Below are positions 18,440 to 29,447 of a stretch of DNA of 64,000 bases, one piece after another. The stretch spans positions 214,178-278,177 of the forward strand of contig CALXMS010000001.1 of NCBI GenBank assembly GCA_944389535.1. Direction: 5' to 3'. A program made the position numbers and the translations under genes. Positions within the stretch are counted from its first letter, which is position 1; every line of letters begins with the position of its first letter. The notes under the pieces are model-generated. The model searched no databases, was not told the DNA's origin, and was given only the letters and a program-made list of their open reading frames with translations. The DNA is from an uncultured Alphaproteobacteria bacterium. Its GTDB lineage: Bacteria > Pseudomonadota > Alphaproteobacteria > Rs-D84.

Positions 18440-19851
18440 TTTTTTGTGTTTTTTTTCTTCTTTTCAGTTTTTTTAGGTGTATCTTCTTTATGTTCTTTTT
18501 TTTCTTGTTCAGATTTTAAATACGTTTCCAACCAATGATTGTCAAAATTTAAGGTTTTTACGTCACGATTGTTCAATAAACGTTGTTGTAAAGGTATAGT
18601 TGTTTTTATACCTTCAATAACGAATTCATCTAATGCACGGGTAGCGCGCATAAGACACGCAGGTCTGTTTGGGGCGTGCACAATTAGTTTTGCAATCATA
18701 GAATCGTACGTAGGCGGAATTGTATAACCTGTGTATACTGCGCTGTCCACGCGAACGCCCATACCACCAGATGGTGCGTATAAAGTTATTTTACCAGGAT
18801 TCGGTATAAATGTTTCTGGATCTTCTGCATTTATACGAAATTCTATTGCATGCCCATGTGGTATAACGTTAGATTGAGTATAACCCAACTTTTCGCCGGC
18901 AGCGATACGAATCTGTTCGCGTACCAAATCAACACCGTATACCATTTCCGTTACAGGGTGTTCTACCTGTAATCTGGTATTCATTTCTAGGAAATAGAAC
19001 TTACCGTCTTCAAACATAAATTCGAAGGTTCCTGCATTTACATAACCCATTTTTTTCGCAGCAGTTTTACATATTTCTATCATGTCATCGCGCTGTTTCT
19101 GGGTCAATATAGCTGCCGGACATTCTTCCATAACTTTTTGATTTTTACGTTGTAAAGAACAGTCGCGTTCCCCGAAAATAACGACGTTACCATGTGTGTC
19201 ACCCAATACTTGAAATTCTATGTGTCGTGGGCGCATAAGCAATTTTTCCATATAAAGGGTATCGTCACCAAAGCCGGATTTCGCTTCGTTTTTTGTCATT
19301 TGAAACGCTTCAGGCATTTGGTCCGGAGACATAACCGGACGAATTCCACGACCACCCCCACCGGCTGCGGCTTTTAGCATAACTGGATAACCGATTTTTT
19401 CTGCCCAATCTAACGCTTCTTCCAAAGAATTTACCGCCCCTTCTGAACCAGGAACCACGGGTAATCCGCACTTTATAGCGGTTTGTTTTGCGTTTACCTT
19501 GTCCCCCATCTTTTCTATCATTGCGGCAGACGGCCCAATCCAAATAAGCCCATGTTGTTCAACTTTTTGTGCAAAATCTGCTCGTTCTGATAAAAAACCA
19601 TATCCAGGATGAATCGCATCCGCGTTTGTCAGCAGCGCAGCCGTTAAAATGGCCGATTCATTTAAATATGAATCCTTAGACGGACCTGGACCAATACAAA
19701 CGGATTCATCCGCCAGTTGCACGTGCATAGCGTTTCTATCAACTGTTGAATAAACGGCCACAGTACGAATGCCCATATCACGACATGCACGAATTATACG
19801 CAGTGCAATTTCACCACGGTTTGCTATTAAAACTTTTTTTATCTGTGACAT
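18436..19851 (-). CDS. accC: Acetyl-CoA carboxylase biotin carboxylase
   Basis: ANRGEIA, HPGYGFLSE, GGGGRG, EMNTRLQVEH, YDSMIAK. Confidence 0.97.
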   Translation of the reverse strand: MSQIKKVLIANRGEIALRIIRACRDMGIRTVAVYSTVDRNAMHVQLADESVCIGPGPSKDSYLNESAILTAALLTNADAIHPGYGFLSERADFAQKVEQHGLIWIGPSAAMIEKMGDKVNAKQTAIKCGLPVVPGSEGAVNSLEEALDWAEKIGYPVMLKAAAGGGGRGIRPVMSPDQMPEAFQMTKNEAKSGFGDDTLYMEKLLMRPRHIEFQVLGDTHGNVVIFGERDCSLQRKNQKVMEECPAAILTQKQRDDMIEICKTAAKKMGYVNAGTFEFMFEDGKFYFLEMNTRLQVEHPVTEMVYGVDLVREQIRIAAGEKLGYTQSNVIPHGHAIEFRINAEDPETFIPNPGKITLYAPSGGMGVRVDSAVYTGYTIPPTYDSMIAKLIVHAPNRPACLMRATRALDEFVIEGIKTTIPLQQRLLNNRDVKTLNFDNHWLETYLKSEQEKKEHKEDTPKKTEKKKKNTKK

Positions 19852-19858
19852 TTTTCAA

Positions 19859-20314
19859 TTATTCAATAACAATTATTGGTTGATCAAATTCAACGGCTTG
19901 ACCGTCAGAAACTAAAATTTCTTTTACTATTCCGTCTTTGTCAGATTTTATCGGATTAAATGTTTTCATCGCTTCAATTAGTGCGACGGTATCACCGGTT
20001 TTTATTTGCGCACCAACGCTAGTAAATGGTTTTGCCCCTGGCTCTGGTGCAAGATATGCAACACCAACCATCGGGGACTTTAACGCGTAACCGTTTATCG
20101 CAGTTTCTGTATCTGCAGGTTCGCTGTTTGTGTTCTTTGATTCTGACGCCACAGGAAAATTCGGCATGGCAACAGCAGTTGTACCCTGTTGTTTAGATAA
20201 ATGAATGTGTTTGCGATATACGCCAAATAAAAACTGACGTTCTAAATCTAATTCTGTAATACCCATTTCGTCCATGATTTTTGACATAGATTCAACGGTT
20301 GCTCTAAAAGACAT
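19859..20314 (-). CDS. accB: Biotin carboxyl carrier protein
   Basis: SPMVG, EAMK biotinylation motif. Confidence 0.96.
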   Translation of the reverse strand: MSFRATVESMSKIMDEMGITELDLERQFLFGVYRKHIHLSKQQGTTAVAMPNFPVASESKNTNSEPADTETAINGYALKSPMVGVAYLAPEPGAKPFTSVGAQIKTGDTVALIEAMKTFNPIKSDKDGIVKEILVSDGQAVEFDQPIIVIE

Positions 20315-20400
20315 TTTTTAATCCTTTATATATAATCTTATATGAGTTCTTTAACTTTTCCTCAATGTGCCCAAAAATTTTACCACAATCACATCAGTTG

Positions 20401-20655
20401 TCAAGGGACAGGGTCATAACCAAAGCCACCACCTGGTCGACAGCGCATTATTCTGCGTAATCCAAGCCCCATACCGCGAAGTATTCCGTGCTTCTCTATT
20501 GCTTGGGCTGTATATTCGCTACAGGTAGGTATAAATCTGCACGCTGCCCGTCCGCCTGTGAATGGTGATATGCAAGTTTGGTACAATCTAACCAATTTTA
20601 ATGCGGCAATTTTTAAAAATGATGAAAAAAAGTTAGTCTTTTTTGGGGTTATCAT
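20401..20655 (-). CDS. yidD: Membrane protein insertion efficiency factor
   Basis: [23 protein letters not shown]. Confidence 0.95.
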   Translation of the reverse strand: MITPKKTNFFSSFLKIAALKLVRLYQTCISPFTGGRAACRFIPTCSEYTAQAIEKHGILRGMGLGLRRIMRCRPGGGFGYDPVP

Positions 20656-20983
20656 GTAGTTTCTTTATATAATTTAAAGCCTTACGTATGGCTGTTCGAC
20701 CTTCTGTTCTTGTTGCTTTTAAAATTGCTTTACGAGCAATGAATATATAATCTAGATCTTCTGTCATGTATTTCTCGTTAAAAGCAATCCAGTCACGAAG
20801 CAGGCGTTTTGCCCGATTTCTGTCTACGGCAAGTTTAAATACTTTTTTTGTAACAACCAGACCATATTGTGGGTCATTTTGAAAACGTATCGGACAAGCC
20901 CGTACAAAAAAAAGAGAACAACGAGCGTTTAAGTCGTTTTCTTCGATTATAAAATTACGATGTTTTTTAATTGTCGTCCTCAT
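20633..20983 (-). CDS. rnpA: Ribonuclease P protein component
   Basis: [19 protein letters not shown]; start moved to MRTTIKKH. Confidence 0.93.
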   Translation of the reverse strand: MRTTIKKHRNFIIEENDLNARCSLFFVRACPIRFQNDPQYGLVVTKKVFKLAVDRNRAKRLLRDWIAFNEKYMTEDLDYIFIARKAILKATRTEGRTAIRKALNYIKKLHDNPKKD

Positions 20984-21077
20984 AACTTGATATATAATAT
21001 CACAATATGTTAATAAGCAAATAAAAAACATAAAAATATGTAAGGTTACTTGATTTTTTGTTCATCAGGCTTTATAG

Positions 21078-22156
<1,079 letters not shown>

Positions 22157-22157
<1 letters not shown>

Positions 22158-22185
22158 AAAAACCGGTTTAAAAACCGGTTTTTTA
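22157..22185. terminator. Bidirectional terminator
   Basis: AAAAAACCGGTT...AACCGGTTTTT. Confidence 0.8.
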
Positions 22186-22665
22186 TTGATTTTTTTTCTT
22201 TCTAAATTCGTCCAAAGATACAATGCGTCCGGCATCTGGTATACTGCCTGGTTTTTCATCCAACGGTAATTCCATGTCATTATCTGCAGCGGCAGCGCCC
22301 TTTGGATGAAAGGACAGCATAAAATCAACAGAAGGGTCTTTGAATTCAACCAGCGCAGAAAACGGGACACGAATAAAAAATGGTCTGCCATCAAAAGTCA
22401 GCTGAACGCCAAATTCTTTATCTGAAACATGAAGGTTATTATAAGAGTATTGTAATACAATTGTCATTATGTCTGGATAACGGATGCGCAGAAAATCCGG
22501 CAGGACAACACCAGCAGCGCGGGTTTTGAAAGTAATATAAAAATGTGCACCGTCCCCCAAACCATTAACCTGTGCCTGTATAAGAGCCTCTTTTACAACG
22601 GATTTCAAGGCGTTATCTAATAATGTTTGATAATCAATTTTATTCATTTTTATTTCCTGCAACAA
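22183..22665 (-). CDS. sspB: Alphaproteobacterial SspB-family ClpXP adaptor
   Basis: HFYITFKT, YPDIMTIVLQ, DPSVDF, C-terminal VSLDEFRKK. Confidence 0.88.
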   Translation of the reverse strand: MLQEIKMNKIDYQTLLDNALKSVVKEALIQAQVNGLGDGAHFYITFKTRAAGVVLPDFLRIRYPDIMTIVLQYSYNNLHVSDKEFGVQLTFDGRPFFIRVPFSALVEFKDPSVDFMLSFHPKGAAAADNDMELPLDEKPGSIPDAGRIVSLDEFRKKKNQ

Positions 22666-23731
22666 CTATATTACTTATTTCACCATTCTTGCAAGTGACA
22701 AATATTGCATCTGGTATTTCTAAGAAAACGTCCGCATCTAATCCCGTTGCCCAGACTTGCGCATCTGTTTTTCCTAATTCGCTGAACAAGCGCTTTCTGG
22801 AATCTTTGTCCAGATGTGCTGCGGCTTCGTCCAGTAATATTATTGGTCTGCGGTTGGTTTTCGCGTGTATAAGTTTTGCGTGAGCAAGAATTAAATCTAG
22901 TAAAACTGTTTTTTGTTGTCCCGTGCTTGTAAGTGACGCCGGTAAATTTAAAATTTTATTAAAAACACCGAAATCTGATTTGTGAGGCCCGTCTAATATC
23001 ATTTTATCGCCGATTAATTCTCGGTTATTTTGCAAATATAATAGATAGTTTCTTTCAGTTTCACTTATTGTGGTTCCGTCTATTATCTGCTTTTCAATTT
23101 CACCGGATACTGTTACAGCACAATCGTTTAAAAAATAATTTAATTCGCCGGCGTATTGGATTCTAGATGCGGCAATTGCAACTGCTGTTCCTGCAATTTG
23201 TTCGTCTAAGGCGTTTAACCATTTCGAATCGTTGCCGTTTTTAATTGCGAAGGCTCTTTCAGATAATAACTTGGAAAGCTTTACCACCCGGCCCCCATGC
23301 AACGGATCAAAACTGGATATAAGTCTATCAAAAAAAGCCCTACGTTCTACGGCGCTGTCTACGAATAATCTATCTTCACGGGGGGTAAACCATATCATAC
23401 GAAGTTTTCCGTTTAAATCGCTAAGCGTTGCGGCATCACCGTCAATACGAACCCGACGGTTGTTATCATTGTGCATAAAATATACGTTTATTTCGCTGTC
23501 GTCATTTAATTCTGCCGTAACAGAAAAACCGCCGTCACCATTGAATTTAGCAATGTCTGTCATGGGGGCACTACGTAAACCTCGATCACCCGATAGCATT
23601 GATATAGCTTCTAGTATTGCAGTTTTACCTGCACCGTTTGGCCCAGTTATTATAATATTATGGTGTCCGTAGGTTCGGACTCTACAGGACGCATGATTTC
23701 GAAAATTATAAAGAGTGATTTTTTCTATCAT
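22640..23731 (-). CDS. recF: DNA replication/repair protein RecF
   Basis: NFRN, GPNGAGKT, RRAFFD, GPHKSD, STGQQK, LLDEAAAHLD; true start MIEKITL (the track ORF runs through tRNA-Cys). Confidence 0.95.
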   Translation of the reverse strand: MIEKITLYNFRNHASCRVRTYGHHNIIITGPNGAGKTAILEAISMLSGDRGLRSAPMTDIAKFNGDGGFSVTAELNDDSEINVYFMHNDNNRRVRIDGDAATLSDLNGKLRMIWFTPREDRLFVDSAVERRAFFDRLISSFDPLHGGRVVKLSKLLSERAFAIKNGNDSKWLNALDEQIAGTAVAIAASRIQYAGELNYFLNDCAVTVSGEIEKQIIDGTTISETERNYLLYLQNNRELIGDKMILDGPHKSDFGVFNKILNLPASLTSTGQQKTVLLDLILAHAKLIHAKTNRRPIILLDEAAAHLDKDSRKRLFSELGKTDAQVWATGLDADVFLEIPDAIFVTCKNGEISNIVVAGNKNE

Positions 23732-23772
23732 AGTCCGATAATACAACGTTTGTATAAGAATTACAACGTTCA

Positions 23773-23798
23773 AAACAAAACGCCCATTCATTGGGCGT
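23773..23798 (-). terminator. Terminator after tRNA-Cys
   Basis: ACGCCCA-ATGAA-TGGGCGT-TTTGTTTT. Confidence 0.75.
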
Positions 23799-23805
23799 AT
23801 GATTT

Positions 23806-23879
23806 TGGAGGCCTGGGTCGGAATCGAACCGGCATACAAGGATTTGCAGTCCTCTGCATAACCACTCTGCCACCAGGCC
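23806..23879 (-). tRNA. tRNA-Cys(GCA)
   Basis: GGCCTGG acceptor, CT-GCA-AA loop, TTCGA, TCCA end. Confidence 0.96.
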
Positions 23880-23973
23880 ATTAATTTGTGTTGTTATACT
23901 AAGCAAAAAAAAATTGTAATTCAACAGAAAAATTGTATTATGTAATATATTTGTTAGGAGAAAAGAGAGTTTG

Positions 23974-25302
23974 ATGAAAAAGTTTTTTTTAGTTTTATGT
24001 TTATTGCCAACAAGCGTTTTTGCGGCAACCGATAATTGTCGCACTATGGAAACAGTGCCAGAAGGAGAATTGACTCTTCAGCAGGTTATAGAACTTGGTT
24101 TATGCAGAAACCCAGAAACCGCGTCTGCATATTTATCATTGGAATCGGCGCGCTTTAATAAAAACGCTGGTTATTCACAGTATTTGCCAAGCGTTAGCGC
24201 ATCTGGTTCCGCAAGTTTACCTTATCGTAATAAAGAATGGTCAGATTGGTCTTATGGTGCTTCTATTTCAGCGTCTTATTTAATATTTGATTTCGGCAAA
24301 AGGTTGTCCGATGTTAATCAGTTAATTGATACTTGGCGGGCAACCGGCTTTGATTATAGTGAATCTGTTCAAAATTATGTTTACGGAATTATAGGTGCAT
24401 ACTATGCGTTACTAAATGCGGATGCAGACGTTATTACAGCAAAGGCTGTAATGGAAGTTTCTCAAACCGCAAAAAATACAGCGGATACTAAATTTAAAGC
24501 GGGGGCTGTGGCGAAGGCCGACGTTTTGAAAGCAGACGTTACGTTATCAAGTAGTATATTGGATCTAGAAAGAGCTAAAAACAACCGTGAAATCGCCAAA
24601 GGAAACTTATTGGCAAAATTATCTTTTCCGGCAGATCAAGAGATTAAAATTGCAGATATGTCATCAGATTTCGGTTCAGAATCAGAAAACAAAAGCATTG
24701 ACGACTTAATTGCAACTGCTCGTGAAAAACGCCCTGACTTGTTAAGAGCATCTGCAAATAAAGACGCTGCTTGGCATAAAAGAAATAGTGCTTTTTTATC
24801 CAATTTACCAAGTATTTCTGCAAGTGGCAGCTTGTCTTGGAATAATATTCCTTCGGATGTATTTAATGCTGGTCAAGATGAATGGAGCGGCAGCATAGGA
24901 ATACGCGCTTCTATGCCAATTTTTGCTGGTTTCGCAAATATGTATAATGTACGTTCAGCGCAGGCAAATTATGAGCGGGCAAAAGAACAAGAACGTTTGA
25001 CAACAGATAACGCGATGCTAGACGTTTTTACCGCGTATCAAAATTATAAAACTGCGCAAATGGTATTAAAGCAAACATCTACTTTGTTAAAGTCGGCTCA
25101 AGAATCTGAAAACGTTACTGCCGGTATGTATAAAGTCGGGAAAGCAACAATGTTAGATTGGCAGACGTCTTTGGCGGATTTAGCGGATGCTCATAAACAA
25201 AATAATGCGGCAAAATATGATTTGTTTACAAAACGTGCCGCACTTGCTTTAGCAATAGGAGACATAAAAGAAGGTTTAATGGAGGGAGAACTAGATGAAT
25301 AA
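23974..25302 (+). CDS. TolC-family outer-membrane efflux protein
   Basis: Signal peptide, two OEP repeats (LPSVSASGS / LPSISASGS), YKVGKATMLD. Confidence 0.92.
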   Translation: MKKFFLVLCLLPTSVFAATDNCRTMETVPEGELTLQQVIELGLCRNPETASAYLSLESARFNKNAGYSQYLPSVSASGSASLPYRNKEWSDWSYGASISASYLIFDFGKRLSDVNQLIDTWRATGFDYSESVQNYVYGIIGAYYALLNADADVITAKAVMEVSQTAKNTADTKFKAGAVAKADVLKADVTLSSSILDLERAKNNREIAKGNLLAKLSFPADQEIKIADMSSDFGSESENKSIDDLIATAREKRPDLLRASANKDAAWHKRNSAFLSNLPSISASGSLSWNNIPSDVFNAGQDEWSGSIGIRASMPIFAGFANMYNVRSAQANYERAKEQERLTTDNAMLDVFTAYQNYKTAQMVLKQTSTLLKSAQESENVTAGMYKVGKATMLDWQTSLADLADAHKQNNAAKYDLFTKRAALALAIGDIKEGLMEGELDE

Positions 25303-26479
25303 AGACGAAAAGAAAAAGAAAGGTTTTTGGTCGTGGGTAAAGCGCCGTAAATGGTGGATTATATTATTTATAATAATTGCCGGAATATTTGTATATTTTA
25401 TGGGCGATAACGGTAAAAGCCAAGGAACCGGTTTTGCAACCGCGACGGTTACTCGTGGTGATATAAGCCAGGTCGTAACGGCTACTGGTGAAATTCAGCC
25501 TTTAAACACGATCAACGTTGGGTCTCAGGTTAGTGGTACGATTGAATCCATTTATGTGGATTATAATTCTAAGGTAAAAAAGGGTGACGTATTGCTGGAG
25601 ATAGAACCTTCTGTTTTACAAGCCTCCGTAGATGAAGCATATGCGTCGCTGGTAAGTTCTGAATCTCAACGTAATTACGCCAAAAGCGAATATGAGCGGA
25701 ATAAGACATTGTTTGACGCTGGTTTTATATCACGTGCTGAACTAGAACAGTCTCAGACAACATATGAACAAGCGGAACAGAATGTAAATAAAATGCAGTC
25801 TCAATATGACCGAGCAGTTACAAATCTGGGTTATGCAACTATTACATCACCGGTTGACGGTACGGTAATTTCCCGTCAGGTTGACGTCGGGCAGACCGTA
25901 GCCGCGTCGTTTCAAACGCCAGATTTGTTTGAAATAGCAGAAGATCTGTCTCAGATGCAAATAGAAACTGCTGTATCAGAAGCTGATATTGGTATGATTG
26001 CAGAGGGGCAATCTGTTACATTTACTGTTGACGCATATCCTACACAAACGTTTGAAGGGAAAGTACGGCAGGTTCGTTTGTCGCCAACGATTACCTCTAA
26101 CGTTGTTGTATACACTGTGGTAATAGACGTTGATAATAGTGATTTACGTTTAAAACCAGGTATGACAGCATTCGTTACAATTTTAATTTCTGAAAAAAGT
26201 GATATATGGAAAGTTCAAAATTCTGCGCTTATCTTACGTAGTTTTGATGGTATAGTTGCTGATGCAGGTGACGCAACGCCAAGTACTCATCTGGCGATTC
26301 AACGTATGGTAGACGGGGAACCAACCGTTGTTTTAATTCCTTATAAAAAAGGACTTGTTACTGCGACAGAGACAGAAATTATCTCTGATGAAATTCAAGA
26401 AGGTGATAGGGTTATATTCGGCAAATATGGTATGACGTCGTCTGGATCATCAAATATGCGTATGGGACCTCCAATGTAA
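25295..26479 (+). CDS. MacA-like efflux periplasmic adaptor
   Basis: VGSQVSG, ITSPVDGTV, VSEADIG, LKPGMTA. Confidence 0.93.
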   Translation: MNKDEKKKKGFWSWVKRRKWWIILFIIIAGIFVYFMGDNGKSQGTGFATATVTRGDISQVVTATGEIQPLNTINVGSQVSGTIESIYVDYNSKVKKGDVLLEIEPSVLQASVDEAYASLVSSESQRNYAKSEYERNKTLFDAGFISRAELEQSQTTYEQAEQNVNKMQSQYDRAVTNLGYATITSPVDGTVISRQVDVGQTVAASFQTPDLFEIAEDLSQMQIETAVSEADIGMIAEGQSVTFTVDAYPTQTFEGKVRQVRLSPTITSNVVVYTVVIDVDNSDLRLKPGMTAFVTILISEKSDIWKVQNSALILRSFDGIVADAGDATPSTHLAIQRMVDGEPTVVLIPYKKGLVTATETEIISDEIQEGDRVIFGKYGMTSSGSSNMRMGPPM

Positions 26480-26513
26480 AAAAGTGGGGGGGCGTAAATC
26501 GCCCCCTTTTTTT
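26478..26513 (+). terminator. Terminator after adaptor gene
   Basis: GGGGGCG...CGCCCCC-T7. Confidence 0.7.
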
Positions 26514-26566
26514 ATGATTTTTGTTTCATAAATGATATAATATTATGGTTACAGAGAGAATATGAT

Positions 26567-27310
26567 ATGAAAAAAAACAAAGAAAAAAAATCAGATATTA
26601 ATATAATCTCCATGAATAAAATCTGTAAGAGCTTTCCTGTTGAAATGGGTGGCGAACAGCAGGTTTTGTTTGATATAACGTTTGACGTCAATCAGGGAGA
26701 ATTCGTTTCTATTATGGGACCATCTGGCAGCGGTAAATCAACGTGTATGAATATAATCGGAGCCTTAGATACCCCCACAAGCGGTACGTATAAATTGTAC
26801 GGAAATGATATAACACATCTTTCTTCAGACGAATTGGCGGTCGTAAGAAACGAATATATCGGTTTCGTTTTTCAACAGTTTAATTTATTGTCTAAACGAA
26901 GCGTATTAGATAATGTAATGATGCCGTTAATGTATCGAGGCTTTCCTATGTCCGAAAGAATCAGGAAGGCTCGTGAAATGTTAAAACGTGTCGGATTGGA
27001 AAAGTTTGAATCTTATTTACCTACACAATTGTCTGGTGGAATGAAACAGCGTGTTGCGATCGCACGTGCTTTGGTGGGAAACCCAAAGTTAATTTTAGCA
27101 GACGAACCGACGGGCGCGTTGGATAGTAAAATGGGTAACGATATTTTACAATTTTTTAAGCAATTGAACCAAGAAATGGGGATAACAATCGTAATGATTA
27201 CTCATGAATTTGAAATTGCTCAATATTCTAATCGTCTAATTCATATATACGACGGAAGAATAACATATGACGGAAAAGTTCCAAAAGATGAAAAAGTGTT
27301 ACAGAAATAA
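26567..27310 (+). CDS. MacB/LolD-type ABC ATPase
   Basis: GPSGSGKS, LSGG, LADEPTGALD, ITH. Confidence 0.95.
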   Translation: MKKNKEKKSDINIISMNKICKSFPVEMGGEQQVLFDITFDVNQGEFVSIMGPSGSGKSTCMNIIGALDTPTSGTYKLYGNDITHLSSDELAVVRNEYIGFVFQQFNLLSKRSVLDNVMMPLMYRGFPMSERIRKAREMLKRVGLEKFESYLPTQLSGGMKQRVAIARALVGNPKLILADEPTGALDSKMGNDILQFFKQLNQEMGITIVMITHEFEIAQYSNRLIHIYDGRITYDGKVPKDEKVLQK

Positions 27311-27336
27311 AATATATAATACAAATGGATTAAAGA

Positions 27337-28554
27337 ATGACATTAAATGACATTTTAAAAGAATCATGGCTGTCTATAAGCGGAAATAAAATTCGTTCGT
27401 TTTTGACGGTCTTGGGTATAGTTATTGGTGTAATGGCCGTTGTTATAATGGTTGCAGTGGGTGAAACCGTTTCAAAGCAGATTAGCGATCAATTTTCTTC
27501 TCTTGGAACGAATACCATAATGATACGTGCCGGCGCCGCACAAAGCGCTGGTGTCAGAACAGGAAATAGACAAACTTTGACAATACAGGATGCCGAATTC
27601 ATAGGTAAATTACCGGATGTTGCCTCATACAGTCCTGTTCAAAATGCTGCTGTCCAAGTTATTTATGGAAATCAAAACTGGGCAACATCAATGGTCGGCG
27701 CTTATCCCGGTTATGAACAAGTTCAAAACTTAGAAATGAAATATGGTACATTTTTTAATCAATCGGCAGTCAGAAATGCTTCTACATATGCTATAATTGG
27801 CCCACAGACTGCAGAAGAACTTAATATGCCGGAAAACCCAGTCGGTGAAATAATTCGCGTTCAGAATACACCTTTGACTGTTATAGGGGTTACTAAAGAA
27901 CGTGGGGATTCCGCTATGGGAAGCCAAGATGATATGCTAATAGTTCCCATAACCACGCTTAAAAAGCGTCTACAGGGAAGTCGCTTTCCAAATTCTGTAA
28001 GCATGGTCACGTTAAAACTAGTAGAAGGGGCAGATAATGCGCTGGTGATAGAGCAGATAACTGCGTTACTTCGAGAACGCCATAACTTAGCAGATGACGC
28101 AGCAGATGATTTCCAGATTATGGATATGAAACAGGTTATGGAAGCTATGGACACTGTGACTGGTTATATGACATTGTTATTAGTCGCAATTGCTGCGGTT
28201 TCTTTGTTGGTCGGTTCTATTGGAATTATGAACATGATGTTAGTATCCGTGGCAGAACGTACCCGTGAAATAGGTATTCGAAAAGCGATAGGCGCCCGTG
28301 AAAGACATATTATAACCCAGTTCTTATCAGAGGCGATTTTAATATCCTTCATCGGTTCTATGGCTGGTTTAATACTTGGTGTGGGGCTATCACAGGGAAT
28401 CGGACGTTTTGTGTTGGGGTATGATGTACCTTTTAGCGCTTGGCCTGTTGTGGTATCAGTTACAGTTGCCGTAGTTGTTGGGTTGGCTTCCGGCGTTATG
28501 CCTGCGATGAAAGCGGCCAAACTTAACCCAATAGATAGTTTAAGATACGAATAA
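27337..28554 (+). CDS. MacB-type ABC permease
   Basis: RSFLTVLGIVIG, VAERTREIGIRKAIGA, LNPIDSLRYE. Confidence 0.95.
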   Translation: MTLNDILKESWLSISGNKIRSFLTVLGIVIGVMAVVIMVAVGETVSKQISDQFSSLGTNTIMIRAGAAQSAGVRTGNRQTLTIQDAEFIGKLPDVASYSPVQNAAVQVIYGNQNWATSMVGAYPGYEQVQNLEMKYGTFFNQSAVRNASTYAIIGPQTAEELNMPENPVGEIIRVQNTPLTVIGVTKERGDSAMGSQDDMLIVPITTLKKRLQGSRFPNSVSMVTLKLVEGADNALVIEQITALLRERHNLADDAADDFQIMDMKQVMEAMDTVTGYMTLLLVAIAAVSLLVGSIGIMNMMLVSVAERTREIGIRKAIGARERHIITQFLSEAILISFIGSMAGLILGVGLSQGIGRFVLGYDVPFSAWPVVVSVTVAVVVGLASGVMPAMKAAKLNPIDSLRYE

Positions 28555-28555
28555 T

Positions 28556-28579
28556 AAAAACCCGCATTTGCGGGTTTTT
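28556..28579. terminator. Bidirectional terminator
   Basis: AAAAACCCGCA-TT-TGCGGGTTTTT. Confidence 0.8.
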
Positions 28580-28580
28580 G

Positions 28581-29447
28581 TTATGACAAGTTCATCTTAT
28601 TTTGCATTTCGATTAGCATCGGTGTTTCTACACCAAGGTTTTTGGCACGTCTTATTAAACCAGATAAAGCAAAAATACCTTCTACGGTGCCAACTAATTC
28701 TTCTCCTTTTGCTATTGCCATACCCCCTGCGAAATTACGACTTGTGGCAGAAGTTGCAGATAAAAACAAATCCCCTATTCCGCATAAATCTAAGAAAGTA
28801 GATAGATTTGCACCACTTTTTAAACCTATTTCGACAACCTCATTCCATGTGCGGGTAAATAACAATGCCCGTTCGTTTTCTCCTTTTGCGGAAATTGAAT
28901 TATAACCGCATATAAGCGCAACAGCATTTTTCCCAACACCACATATTTCTGTACCTATTACGTCATTGCTGGTATGAATATATAATAAATTTAATATTTT
29001 CTTACCTACCTCAAGAGCCTTCGGGGTACCGGCAAGCGTACTTCCTGTTGGAACCCCACGTGCAACTTCTGCCGCAAATTGTGGACCAGATAAAACACCG
29101 TAATCTTTAGCCTCTGGTAACTCTGCGGCCATTATTTCTGACATAAAACACCCAGTTGAGCTTTCTGCACCCTTTGTACATATTATTATAGGCTGATTTG
29201 CATATGTTGGTTTCGCTTTTTTTAACGTTTCACGAAAGTACGCGGCCGGAGTTACAATTAACCATGCGTCACATTTTGCAATATCTTTCATATCTTTTGT
29301 TATTTGCAGCGTACTTGGCGTTTCTATACCATCAAATTTTTTAAATTCCCCGTCATAAGACCATAGAATAACATCCGCACCACCGCGTGCAGATATAATA
29401 GATAGCGCAGTTCCCCATGCGCCAGCCCCTATTACACCGATTTTCAT
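28581..29447 (-). CDS. gpsA: NAD(P)H-dependent glycerol-3-phosphate dehydrogenase
   Basis: GAGAWGTAL, CTKG, SGPQFAAEV, GDLFL, SRN. Confidence 0.95.
   Translation of the reverse strand: MKIGVIGAGAWGTALSIISARGGADVILWSYDGEFKKFDGIETPSTLQITKDMKDIAKCDAWLIVTPAAYFRETLKKAKPTYANQPIIICTKGAESSTGCFMSEIMAAELPEAKDYGVLSGPQFAAEVARGVPTGSTLAGTPKALEVGKKILNLLYIHTSNDVIGTEICGVGKNAVALICGYNSISAKGENERALLFTRTWNEVVEIGLKSGANLSTFLDLCGIGDLFLSATSATSRNFAGGMAIAKGEELVGTVEGIFALSGLIRRAKNLGVETPMLIEMQNKMNLS

Noticed and set aside
23732-23881. 50-aa N-terminal extension of RecF in the ORF track
   Set aside because: It is read through tRNA-Cys and its terminator; RecF homology starts at MIEKITL
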